A stretch of DNA of 64,000 bases from positions 1,248,001 through 1,312,000 of the forward strand of contig CAWGTN010000002.1 in assembly GCA_963825525.1 (NCBI GenBank), written 5' to 3'. A program made the translations under genes and the position numbers. Every line of letters starts with the position of its first letter. The first letter of the stretch is position 1. The notes beneath the pieces were generated by a model that had not been told where the DNA came from, ran no database searches, and saw only the letters and a program-made list of their open reading frames with translations. Positions 18,778 to 28,166 of this stretch are shown here, one piece after another. This stretch comes from an uncultured Chloroflexia bacterium. GTDB taxonomy: Bacteria > Chloroflexota > Limnocylindria > QHBO01.

Positions 18778-20398
18778 ATGCAGGATCAATCACCGCGGTG
18801 GTGGCAGAGCGCAGTCGTCTACCAGGTCTACCCGCGAAGCTTCGCGGACTCGGACGGCGACGGCACGGGCGACCTCAACGGGATCAGCGAGCGGCTGGAC
18901 TACCTCGCCTGGCTGGGTGTCGACGCCATCTGGATCTCTCCCTTCTATCCCTCGCCGATGGCCGACTTCGGCTACGACGTGGCCGATTACACGGACGTGG
19001 ATCCCATCTTCGGCACGCTCGCCGACTTCGATCGATTGGTGGCCGCCGCGCACGAGCGGAACATTCGAGTCCTCATCGACTACGTCCCGAATCACACCAG
19101 CGATCGACACCCGTGGTTCGCCGAATCGCGAGCGTCGCGCGACAACCCGAAGGCCGACTGGTACGTGTGGCGTGACCCAAAGCCGGATGGCGGCCTGCCG
19201 AACAACTGGATCAGCATGTTCGCCGGCCCTACCTGGACCTGGGACGAGACGCGCGCGCAGTACTACCTCCACACCTTCCTTGCCGAGCAGCCGGACCTGA
19301 ACTGGCGGAACCCCGAGGTCCGAGACGCGATGTTCGACGTGGCGCGCTTCTGGCTTGACCGTGGCGTGGACGGCTTTCGGATCGATGTGGCGCCGATGGT
19401 GATGAAGGACCCGGAGCTGCGCGACAACCCGCCGAACCCCAACCCGGGATGGGAGCATTCGCGCCTCGGATCATGGCTGACGCAGCTCCACGTGAACGAC
19501 CACAACCACCCGGACATGCACGAGCTGTATCGGTCCTTCCGCGCGCTCCTCGACTCGTATCCGGGGGACCGCGTCAGCATCGGGGAGCTGCACCACCCCG
19601 ATTTCGATCGTTGGGCCGAGTACTACGGTGAGCGCCAGGACGAGATCCACGTCCCGTTCAACTTCCACGTCATCAACAGCCCCTGGAACGCCGATGCGGT
19701 CCGCCACGCCGTCGAGGGCGTGCAACGCGTCCTCCCCGCCGGCGCCTGGGCCAGCTGGGTGCTCGGCAATCATGACCAGCCGCGGATCGCCTCGGCCGAG
19801 CGTGCCGGGCGCGACCAGGCGAGGGCCGCGATGTTGCTGCTGCTCACCCTGCGCGGCACCCCGACCCTCTACTACGGGGACGAGATCGGCATGGTCGACG
19901 TGCCGGTCGCCGCCGCCGACGCCCGCGACCCGCTCGAGCGACGCGAACCCGGGCGAGGCCGTGACCCGGAGCGGTCGCCGATGCAGTGGGACGCCTCACC
20001 GAACGCCGGCTTCACCGCGTCCGGCGTCGAGCCCTGGCTGCCCGTCGCACCCGATTTCGCCGAAGTCAACGTCGCCGGGCAGGCCGAGAATCCGGGATCG
20101 CTCCTCACGCTGACCCGCGACCTGCTTCGCCTCCGGCGCGAGCACCCGATCTTGCGGCTCGGCGACTTCGAGCCGTTCGGCCCGACGCCGAGTGGAGTGC
20201 TCGCATTCCGGCGCATCGGCCGCGCGGGCGGTCAGCTGGACGTGATCCTGAACCTGACCGCCGAGTCTCGCGCGGCCCGCATATCCGGGGCCGGGCGCGT
20301 CGTCATCGGCACCCAGCGTGAGCGAGACGGCGAACCCGTCGGTGCCGACGTGGAGCTCCGGCCCGAACGAGGCCCTCGTCGTCGAGGTCGGTCGCTGA
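18778..20398 (+). CDS. GH13 alpha-glucosidase / oligo-1,6-glucosidase (apparent frameshift near 20363)
   Basis: YQVYPRSFADS, DYVPNHTS, QPDLN, GFRIDV, GNHD, YYGDEIG; removing one base gives LRPNEALVVEVGR* at 20398, so the ORF extension to 21135 is an artefact. Confidence 0.92.
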
Positions 20399-20438
20399 TC
20401 AGCGACGGGTGCTGCACCGGCCTGCGATCGGCGTGGCC

Positions 20439-21803
20439 TCAACCGATGCGGATCATCTTCTTGTTCACGAACTCGTCGGCGCCCAGGCGGCCCATCTCGC
20501 GGCCGGTGCCCGAGCGCTTGACGCCACCGAACGGCAGTTCGGCGCCGTCGGCGAGCACGACATTCACGAACACCATCCCGGCCTCGATGCCATCGGCGAC
20601 GCGGAGCGCCTGCTCATGGTCGGTTGTGTACACGTACGAGCCGAGGCCGTACGGCGTGTCGTTCGCGATCCGCACGGCGTCGGCCTCATCCTTGGCGCGG
20701 TACACCTGGGCGACGGGGCCGAAGAACTCCTCCCTGGAGGCGGGGTTCTCAGGCGTGACATCCGTCAGCACGGTCGTCTCGAAGAACGCGCCGTTGCGGG
20801 TGCCCCCATGGACCAGCCTGGCTCCATGCTCGATCGCGCGCTTGACCTGCTCGTCGAGACGCTCGGCGGCCTTCAGCGAGGAGAGCGGACCGAGCGCCGA
20901 GTCGGCCGACGTCGGGTCGGTCGCCTCGACCTCGGCGAGCTTTGCGGTGAACGTCTCGAGGAACGGCTCATACAGATCGTCAGCGACGACGAATCGCTTT
21001 GCCGCGTTGCAGGACTGGCCACTGTTGTCGAGGCGGGCGTCGACCGCGGCCTGGGCGGCGGCGTCCAGGTCGTTCGTTGACAGCAGGATGAAGGGATCCG
21101 AGCCCCCGAGCTCGAGCACGACCTTCTTGAGGTGACGGCCGGCGATCTCGGCCACCTCAGCTCCTGCGCGCTCCGAGCCGGTGAGCGAGACGCCCTGCAC
21201 GCGGGGGTCCGCGATGATTCGCTCGATCTGGTCGTGCGCCGCGTAGAGATTCACGTACGCGCCGGTCGGGAACCCCACCTCGCGGAAGATCTGCTCCATG
21301 GCGGCGGCCGACCCGGGGCACTGGCCGGCGTGCTTCAGCAGGATCGTGTTGCCGATGATGAGGTTCGGGCCCGCAAAGCGGGCGACCTGGTAGTACGGGA
21401 AGTTCCACGGCATGATGCCGAGCAGGACCCCGAGCGATGAACGGCGGATGACCGCCGTACCCTCACCGGCGAGGAGCTCGATAGGCTCATCCTTGAGGAA
21501 GTCCGACGAGTGATCGGCGTAGTACTCGTAGATGTCCGCCGCGAAGTCGACTTCGGAGAGCGCCTGGGCGATCGGCTTACCCATCTCGGGCACGATGAGT
21601 TCGGCCAGCTCCTGGCGGCGCTCGCGGTGGAGCTCGGCGACGCGGCGGATGAGGCCAGCCCGCTCCTCGACCGTGGTGGACCTCGACCAGGTCCGATGCG
21701 CCTCGTCGGCGGCGGCGATCGCGGCCTCGAGCTCACCATCGGTGATCGTGTCGTATGTCTTGACCGTCTCCCCGGTCGCGGGGTTGGTCACGGCATAGCC
21801 CAT
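20439..21803 (-). CDS. NAD(P)-dependent succinate-semialdehyde dehydrogenase (Sad/GabD1-like)
   Basis: IMPWNFPYYQ, LTGSERAG, ELGGSDP, GQSCNA, EEFFGP, PFGGVKRSG. Confidence 0.92.
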   Translation of the reverse strand: MGYAVTNPATGETVKTYDTITDGELEAAIAAADEAHRTWSRSTTVEERAGLIRRVAELHRERRQELAELIVPEMGKPIAQALSEVDFAADIYEYYADHSSDFLKDEPIELLAGEGTAVIRRSSLGVLLGIMPWNFPYYQVARFAGPNLIIGNTILLKHAGQCPGSAAAMEQIFREVGFPTGAYVNLYAAHDQIERIIADPRVQGVSLTGSERAGAEVAEIAGRHLKKVVLELGGSDPFILLSTNDLDAAAQAAVDARLDNSGQSCNAAKRFVVADDLYEPFLETFTAKLAEVEATDPTSADSALGPLSSLKAAERLDEQVKRAIEHGARLVHGGTRNGAFFETTVLTDVTPENPASREEFFGPVAQVYRAKDEADAVRIANDTPYGLGSYVYTTDHEQALRVADGIEAGMVFVNVVLADGAELPFGGVKRSGTGREMGRLGADEFVNKKMIRIG

Positions 21804-21832
21804 CGTTCAGTTCTCCTTCGGGAAGCCCGATA

Positions 21833-22402
21833 TTACGCGTCGGTTCGGACCGGCTGGAACCCCCCATCGGCAACTCGCGCGGCGACGAATAGTAGGTCCG
21901 CCAGCCGGTTGAGGTATGGCAGCACGTGCGAGTCCGGAAGTCCGTCCGCGGCCGCGAGCTCGACGCATCGGCGTTCTGCCCGGCGCACCGTCGTCCGGGC
22001 CAGGTCGAGCGCGGCGCCGGTCATCGACCCGCCTGGGAGGACGAACTCCTTCGGCTGCTCGACCAGCTCCTCGAGCTCGTCGATGTCGTGCTCGAGGGCC
22101 GTCACCATCGCCTCGGTCACCCGCGTCACCCCGTCGGAGAGCCGGTCGCGCCGATCGACATGGGTGGCGAGCTCGGCGCCGACCACGAACAGCTCCCGCT
22201 GGAGCCGGACAATGAGCTCGTCGAGCCTGGCATCCGTGCCGTCGGGCGCCGGACCGATCGAGGACCGGGCTATGCCGAGCGCTGCAACGGCCTCATCGGT
22301 CGTGCCATAAGCCTCGGTCCGGGGATCGGCCTTGCTTACCCGCTCCCCGCCGTACAGGAGGCCGGTCGAGCCGTCGTCGCCCTTGCGCGTGTAGATCCGC
22401 AT
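21833..22402 (-). CDS. ATP:cob(I)alamin adenosyltransferase, PduO type
   Basis: IYTRKGDDGSTGL, AYGTTDE, RTTVRRAER, YLNRLADLLF. Confidence 0.93.
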   Translation of the reverse strand: MRIYTRKGDDGSTGLLYGGERVSKADPRTEAYGTTDEAVAALGIARSSIGPAPDGTDARLDELIVRLQRELFVVGAELATHVDRRDRLSDGVTRVTEAMVTALEHDIDELEELVEQPKEFVLPGGSMTGAALDLARTTVRRAERRCVELAAADGLPDSHVLPYLNRLADLLFVAARVADGGFQPVRTDA

Positions 22403-22693
22403 CTAGAACAGGCCGGGCGGGGGCTCCCAACGATCCGCCAGCAGGGTGACCTTGACCGGCGGCCCGACGACCTCTTCGGCCTTCGCCTTCACCGTCTGGA
22501 TCAGCTCGCCCGCCCACGGGCAGAACGGCGTGGTCAGGATCATCTTGATCTCGGTCGGCGCGCCGTCCGCGCCGATCTCCACGGCTTTGATCAGGTCGAG
22601 GTCCACGATGCTCATCCCGATCTCCGGGTCCTGGATCTCGTACAGCGCGGTCATCACCTCGTCGACCTTGCCGAGGTTGGAGTCAATCGTCAT
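22403..22693 (-). CDS. metal-sulfur cluster assembly factor (DUF59/SufT family)
   Basis: IQDPEIGMSIVDLDLI, LTTPFCP. Confidence 0.9.
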   Translation of the reverse strand: MTIDSNLGKVDEVMTALYEIQDPEIGMSIVDLDLIKAVEIGADGAPTEIKMILTTPFCPWAGELIQTVKAKAEEVVGPPVKVTLLADRWEPPPGLF

Positions 22694-22726
22694 GTCCCAA
22701 GGATACGCCCTGACGCGTGCAACGGC

Positions 22727-23452
22727 TCAGAGCAGAGTCGTGTCGAACTGCGGGTGAGGGCTGGGAACGAGCGGCCGAACACGGTGATAGCCCTCGTGGA
22801 TCGGCTGACTGGCCTCGATCGCGGCGCGGAGGGCTGAGATCTCATGGGCAACGTCGGACTGGCTGGCGTGGCACTCGAGCGCGTCGGCCTTGCGCGAGGC
22901 GACCGCCGTGATCGCGATGCGGTGCGTGGCAGCCTGCTCCTCGGCGGAGAGGTCGTACGTGGTCCCGCTGGGGTCGAAGATCGGGCTGATGACATAGACC
23001 GCGTTCGGTGCGATCCCGAGATCCGACAGGCGCTCGACGGCCCATCGGGTCGCGCTGCCGACCACGATGTGGTCCGGGTGCCCGGTCACTCCGTGCGGGC
23101 CGAAGGTGATGACGGCTGCCGGACGGCGATCGGCCAGCCACGCGGCGATCTCGTCGACGAGCCGGTCGAACGGCTGGTCGGCAACGCCTCCGTCCGGATA
23201 GCCATCGAGCAGCGAGACCTCGTCCAGCCCGATCGCCCGAGCCGAGCAGATCAGCTCCGCCTCGCGCTGATCCCCCAGAGCAGGATCGCCCTGGCCGTCG
23301 GCGGATCCGGCCTCACCGCGCGTCACGACCAGCAGGCGCGTGGTGGCTCCCGCGTCGTGGGCGAGGGACAGCGCTCCGGCGCATCCGAAACTCTCATCGT
23401 CGGGATGGGCAAGAACGGCGGCAAGCCCGCCGGGTGCAATGGGATAGCTCAC
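22727..23452 (-). CDS. PIG-L family deacetylase (MshB/BshB-like)
   Basis: AHPDDE, TRGEAG, GHPDH, HASQ. Confidence 0.9.
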   Translation of the reverse strand: MSYPIAPGGLAAVLAHPDDESFGCAGALSLAHDAGATTRLLVVTRGEAGSADGQGDPALGDQREAELICSARAIGLDEVSLLDGYPDGGVADQPFDRLVDEIAAWLADRRPAAVITFGPHGVTGHPDHIVVGSATRWAVERLSDLGIAPNAVYVISPIFDPSGTTYDLSAEEQAATHRIAITAVASRKADALECHASQSDVAHEISALRAAIEASQPIHEGYHRVRPLVPSPHPQFDTTLL

Positions 23453-23465
23453 CGATTCTCCTCGG

Positions 23466-23822
23466 TCAGGTCGTTTCCGGATCGTCGTCGGAGAGCAGGG
23501 TCCATCCCTGCCGCTCGACGCTCGTCCTCATCGTACGCAGGACCGCCAGCTTCCCGCCGGCCACCTCTGCAATGAAGCGTCGCGTTCCGGCGTCATCGAG
23601 CGAGGCGCCGGGTGGTGCCGTCCCACGGCCGACGTTGAGCCACGCGAGGTGGTATCGATCCATTCGTCCCCATACTCGCTCGAGCAGCGCGTCGGACTCG
23701 ATCAGCCAGGCGCGGAATGTCTCCCAATCCGGGTCCAGCACCAACGCATCGCCCGTGGCGATGAGCGCGTCGGTCGCGGCGAGGAATGCCGAGCGGGTCA
23801 TGACGGCGGTTCTGGCGTTCAT
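23466..23822 (-). CDS. hypothetical protein (118 aa)
   Basis: Coding-like ORF from MNARTAV; TATACT 9 nt upstream. Confidence 0.65.
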   Translation of the reverse strand: MNARTAVMTRSAFLAATDALIATGDALVLDPDWETFRAWLIESDALLERVWGRMDRYHLAWLNVGRGTAPPGASLDDAGTRRFIAEVAGGKLAVLRTMRTSVERQGWTLLSDDDPETT

Positions 23823-23903
23823 CGGCTGCCGAGTATAGGTCGGTCCTTGACCACCCTCGTTCGTACCATTGTTGCAGGGAATCGGCCCGTCGAGACTCGG
23901 GAC

Positions 23904-25565
23904 ATGACCGCGTCCCTTGGAGCGTCCGTCACGCGGACGCTTCTGATGGTGCTCACGGCCGGTGCCCTCGTGGTACCCGTCGTGCTGCTCCATGCGCTGC
24001 CCGCCGCCGACCTCGGCGCGGCTGGCCTCGGCTGGCTGCCCCCGGCATTGGCCGGTGGGCTGCTGATCTCCGGGGGCGGCGCCACCGTGGCGGCGCTCAT
24101 CGCCGGGATCCGACACGGCTCGTTGGCAGCGCTCCTCATCGCCGGCATGTCCGCGTCGCTGGTCGGGGCGGCCCTGCTGGCATTGAGCGGCGGCGGCTCG
24201 CTTGCGCTGCCGGTCACCGCGGCCGGCGGCTTCGGCCTGGCTGCGGCGATTGCGGATCGGGCCGAGCACATCATTGCCGGGACGCGATCCCGGGTGTTCA
24301 TGGCCTCCGGGCTGGTCGTCACCGCCGAGGCGGCGGTGGTCGTTCAGCTGCTGGTGACGGCGGCAGGTCCGCCCGACGGCCTGGAGATCTCGCTCATGGC
24401 CGCCGGTGCCGTCGCCGCCGGCCTCGGCACACTCATCGCGGTCACGCGAGCGATCGGGCCTGCCATCGGCACGCTTGCGATCGGTTCGATCGCCCTGGTC
24501 GCAGCGCGCGACTCGGGAGCCGACCGGGCCCTTGGGCTGGTGGGCCTCATCGCCGCAGCGCTCCTGGCGGCCCGAAGCTCCGTGGAAGACGCACCGAGCG
24601 ACGCCGGCGCGGACGAGAGCCACCTGCCGCCGCTGGCCGCGCACCTCAGCTCGGGCATCCTCATCTTCGACGGGAGCCTTCACCTTCGGGCATGGAACTC
24701 TGCTGCCGGATCACTCCTCGGACTGGCCCCGGACGCTGCCGGCTCACGCATCGAGGACCTCCTGGGAATCACCCTTGCTCAGCTGCCGGCTGGGAGCGAG
24801 ACGGTGATGCAGCGGACGCCGATCGGAGGCATCGAGATGACCCTGGTTCGGGAGGGCGGATCGTTGACCGTGATCCTTCACGACCCGAGCGTCACGAGTG
24901 ACACCGAGCGGCTCGGGCGCGAGCTGCGTGGAACCATCGAGGAGCTGCTCCAGGCGCGGCGCACGCTCGACCTCCAGCGAGCCGAGCTTGAACGTGCTTC
25001 GTCGACCGACCGGCTGACCGGCGTCGCGAGCCGGCCGGCCATTCTCGACCGCCTGCGGCTCGAGGTCAGCGAGGCCAGGCGATACCAGCACCCGTTCGCC
25101 GCCGTGCTGCTCGACATCGATCTCTTCACAATCATCAATGCCAGCCACGGGATCGACGGCGGTGACGCCGTGCTTCGGGAGGTCGCACTCCGCGCCCGGG
25201 TCCGCGTGCGAGAGGCCGATGCGCTCGGGCGCTCCGGCAGCGACGCCTTCCTGGCACTCCTGCCGCACACCGATGTCGCCGGCGCGATGACCTTCGCGGA
25301 AGCGCTGCGACACCGCATCGGGAAGCGCCCGATCCTCCTGTCCGACGGCGGCTCCGTCCCTGTCAGCGCCAGCATCGGCGTATCGGTCATGCACCCCGGG
25401 GATGACATTGACGCGGATGGCCTTCTGGCACGTCTCGACGAGGCATTGGCCGATGCCGTGCGGGCCGGCGGTGACCGGGTCGCGCTTGATCCGCTTCACG
25501 CCCTGGCACGGCTGACCGACGCCGGCGCGGCCGGGGATGACCAGGGAGCGCAGACCGGCGCCTGA
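23904..25565 (+). CDS. multi-TM protein with a PAS-like region and a degenerate GGDEF domain
   Basis: About 9 hydrophobic helices; DRLTG; LLDIDLF; READ-x5-GSDAF; SASIGVS. Confidence 0.85.
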   Translation: MTASLGASVTRTLLMVLTAGALVVPVVLLHALPAADLGAAGLGWLPPALAGGLLISGGGATVAALIAGIRHGSLAALLIAGMSASLVGAALLALSGGGSLALPVTAAGGFGLAAAIADRAEHIIAGTRSRVFMASGLVVTAEAAVVVQLLVTAAGPPDGLEISLMAAGAVAAGLGTLIAVTRAIGPAIGTLAIGSIALVAARDSGADRALGLVGLIAAALLAARSSVEDAPSDAGADESHLPPLAAHLSSGILIFDGSLHLRAWNSAAGSLLGLAPDAAGSRIEDLLGITLAQLPAGSETVMQRTPIGGIEMTLVREGGSLTVILHDPSVTSDTERLGRELRGTIEELLQARRTLDLQRAELERASSTDRLTGVASRPAILDRLRLEVSEARRYQHPFAAVLLDIDLFTIINASHGIDGGDAVLREVALRARVRVREADALGRSGSDAFLALLPHTDVAGAMTFAEALRHRIGKRPILLSDGGSVPVSASIGVSVMHPGDDIDADGLLARLDEALADAVRAGGDRVALDPLHALARLTDAGAAGDDQGAQTGA

Positions 25566-25596
25566 ACGCCGGCGTCATCCCGTCGAGGTCCCGGGT

Positions 25597-25650
25597 TTGT
25601 CCACAACATGTGCACATCGTGGGTCGCCGACCACCACATGTTGTGGATAA
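25597..25650. promoter_or_regulatory. 16-bp inverted repeat carrying two DnaA-like boxes and NrdR-like boxes
   Basis: TTGTCCACAACATGTG (25597-25612) and CACATGTTGTGGATAA (25635-25650), one mismatch; perfect TTATCCACA on the minus strand at 25642-25650. Confidence 0.6.
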
Positions 25651-25674
25651 GGCGGCCTGTCGAGGCGGTCCCGC

Positions 25675-25683
25675 TGCTACACT
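25675..25683 (+). promoter_or_regulatory. extended -10 element of thyX (leaderless-type)
   Basis: TGcTACACT, 9 nt before the ATG, no SD. Confidence 0.55.
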
Positions 25684-25692
25684 CGCCGTACC

Positions 25693-26634
25693 ATGCCGTC
25701 GACCTCCACGGACCTCTCAGCCAAGCTGATCTTCCCCACCAAGGAGATCGTCGAGGAGTACTACCTCCCGATCATCTACACGGCTTGCCGAACCTGCTAT
25801 TCCGAGCAGGTGCCGGATCAGATCTGGGACAAGGCGGTCAGCCGCCAGATCGCCGATGAGAAGCAGCAGAACCTCGTCCGCAAGGTCATGGAGTCCGGCC
25901 ACGGGTCAACCATTGAGCACGTGAACTTCACGTTCGCCATCAGTGGCGTGACGCGGACCCTGAGCCACCAGCTCGTCCGACATCGAGCCGGCACGGCGTT
26001 CGATCAGCAGTCACAGCGCTACGTCAGCTTCAAGAAGCGAGATAACTACACGGTCCCCGACTCGATCGCGAAGGGCGACCTGCCCGATGACCTGGCCGGA
26101 CGATTCCAGCAGGCCGTCGACGACAACCTGGATCTCTACGGTCAGCTGCTCCAGGCGGAGGTCCCCGCCGAGGACGCACGGTTCATCTTCCCGAACGCGA
26201 TGCAGACGAACCTGATCATGACCGTGAATCTGCGGCAGCTCATCCACATGTCGGGCCTCCGGCTGTGCACCATGGCGCAGTGGGAGATTCGTCAGCTCTT
26301 CAAGCAGATCCGTCACGAGGTCTTCAGGGTCAGCCCATTCTTCGGCAGTTTCCTGGTGCCGAAGTGCGTGCCGCTGGGCTACTGCGACGAGATGGGCAAT
26401 CGCGACGAGCACTGCCGCATTCGCCCCCACCGCGATACGGTGATGGCGGTGTGGGAGGCATATCGGGGTGGAACGCTCGCCGAGACCGACGGCCAGGTCG
26501 TCCCGGAGACGAGCCCATTCCGTCCGAAGCCGCGCCGCGTCCCACTTCCGGTGGCGGACGGCGACGTCGCGCCACGCCGAGGAGAGCCGACCGGGGCAGC
26601 CGTCGGACAGGCCGCGGACGCCGACCGAATCTGA
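25693..26634 (+). CDS. thyX: FAD-dependent thymidylate synthase
   Basis: GHGSTIEH, HQLVRHR-x8-SQRY, EDARF, NLRQL, AQWEIR. Confidence 0.95.
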   Translation: MPSTSTDLSAKLIFPTKEIVEEYYLPIIYTACRTCYSEQVPDQIWDKAVSRQIADEKQQNLVRKVMESGHGSTIEHVNFTFAISGVTRTLSHQLVRHRAGTAFDQQSQRYVSFKKRDNYTVPDSIAKGDLPDDLAGRFQQAVDDNLDLYGQLLQAEVPAEDARFIFPNAMQTNLIMTVNLRQLIHMSGLRLCTMAQWEIRQLFKQIRHEVFRVSPFFGSFLVPKCVPLGYCDEMGNRDEHCRIRPHRDTVMAVWEAYRGGTLAETDGQVVPETSPFRPKPRRVPLPVADGDVAPRRGEPTGAAVGQAADADRI

Positions 26635-26703
26635 GGAAATGCCCGCAAGGGCCCGGCGTCGCGCTAGAGTCTCCCGCGTGAATGGCCGTCCAACCGTGAC
26701 CCG

Positions 26704-28137
26704 ATGACCATCCAGGGCAGCCGCCCGGGGGATCAGCGCGTCCGCGTTCAGCGCACGCAGCCACAGGAATTCACCGTCCGCCCGCCGAAGCGGATCGGGA
26801 AGCCACCGTCGCCGGCCCCAACCCTGCTGTCCGTGTTCGCCGTGCTGATCGCCATCGGCACAGCGCTCCTCATGCTTCCGTTTGCCACGCAGTCCGGCGA
26901 TCCGACCCCGTTTGTCGATGCGTTGTTCACCGCCACGTCGGCAGCCTGTGTGACCGGACTCGTGGTCCTCGACACGGGCACGCACTGGAGCGCGTTCGGA
27001 CAGGTCGTGATCATGCTGCTCATCCAGGCAGGCGGATTCGGGATCATGGCCGGATCGACGCTGTTCCTGTCCATGGTCATCGGCCGCCGCACCACGTTGC
27101 GCAACAGGGTGATCGTCCAGGAGTCTCTCGGCGGCCTGCAGCTCGGCAATGTCACCTGGATCGTGAAGCGCATTGCGATCTTCACGCTGGTAGTCGAGGG
27201 CGTCGGGGCCGTGATCCTGGCGGCAAGCTTCTCGCTGGGCGGTGAAGCGGGCGGCGTGGGCAACCCGCTCGGCCTGTGGTGGGGGCTCTTCCACTCGATC
27301 TCAGCCTTCAACAACGCCGGGTTCGACCTGACCGGCGGCTTCCAGAGCCTGACGCCATTCCGCGACGACTGGCTGGTGCTCATGACCCATGGAGTTCTCC
27401 TCATCCTGGGCGGGTTGGGGTTCGCCATCGTCGGCGACGCAATCGGCAAGCGGCGCTGGGTCCGATTCGCGCTCGAGACGAAGGTCGTCCTCCTCACCAC
27501 GGCCGTGCTGCTGGTGGCCGGAGCCGTGCTCATCGCCGCCACCGAATGGTCGAATCCGGCAACCCTGGGCCAGCTGCCCGAAGAGCAGCGAGCGCTCAAC
27601 GCCCTGTTCGAATCAGCCACCCTGCGGACCGCCGGCTTCACGGCCCTCGACACCGGCGGGCTGCTCGACCAGACGCTGTTCGTGGTCATGGCGCTCATGT
27701 TCATCGGCGGCGCATCGGGCTCCACGGCCGGCGGCATCAAGGTCACCACGTTCTCGGTGCTCCTCATCGCGATCGTGTCGTCGGTCCGAGGTCAGCCATC
27801 GGCCATGGCGTTTGGACGTCGCATCCAGCACCAGGTCGTCTATCGGGCGCTCTCCGTCGTGCTGCTGGGCATCGGGCTCGTGTTCGTGGTCGCCTTTCTG
27901 CTGACGGTGATGAATCCGGCGCGATTCGTCGAGACGCTGTTCGAGGCGGTGTCCGCCGCCGGGACGGTCGGGGCATCGACCGGGATCACCACCGATCTCG
28001 ATGCTCCGTCGCGACTGTTGCTGGCGGTGACGATGTACGCCGGGCGCCTCGGACCGCTGACGTTGGTGCTGGCCCTTGCCGCTCGCGCACGGCCGGTCAC
28101 GTCCCGTCCGGCGGTCGAGTCGATTCGGATCGGCTAG
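26704..28137 (+). CDS. ktrB: Ktr/Trk potassium uptake membrane subunit
   Basis: Four pore loops: ATSAACVTGL, SAFNNAGF, LRTAGF, SAAGTVG; GSTAGGIK. Confidence 0.92.
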   Translation: MTIQGSRPGDQRVRVQRTQPQEFTVRPPKRIGKPPSPAPTLLSVFAVLIAIGTALLMLPFATQSGDPTPFVDALFTATSAACVTGLVVLDTGTHWSAFGQVVIMLLIQAGGFGIMAGSTLFLSMVIGRRTTLRNRVIVQESLGGLQLGNVTWIVKRIAIFTLVVEGVGAVILAASFSLGGEAGGVGNPLGLWWGLFHSISAFNNAGFDLTGGFQSLTPFRDDWLVLMTHGVLLILGGLGFAIVGDAIGKRRWVRFALETKVVLLTTAVLLVAGAVLIAATEWSNPATLGQLPEEQRALNALFESATLRTAGFTALDTGGLLDQTLFVVMALMFIGGASGSTAGGIKVTTFSVLLIAIVSSVRGQPSAMAFGRRIQHQVVYRALSVVLLGIGLVFVVAFLLTVMNPARFVETLFEAVSAAGTVGASTGITTDLDAPSRLLLAVTMYAGRLGPLTLVLALAARARPVTSRPAVESIRIG

Positions 28138-28166
28138 GCTTCGACGCTCAATGGATGGAGGTAGCG

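Noticed and set aside
20399-21135. Apparent 245-aa C-terminal extension of the GH13 glucosidase overlapping the SSADH gene
   Set aside because: Caused by one extra base near 20363; the corrected protein ends at 20398.
25597-25650. Replication origin suggested by the DnaA boxes
   Set aside because: Only two boxes in a 127-bp gap, no AT-rich unwinding element and no dnaA, dnaN or parAB nearby.
26635-26703. c-di-AMP riboswitch upstream of ktrB
   Set aside because: The gap is only about 70 nt, with one small GCCC-GCAA-GGGC hairpin and none of the conserved motifs.
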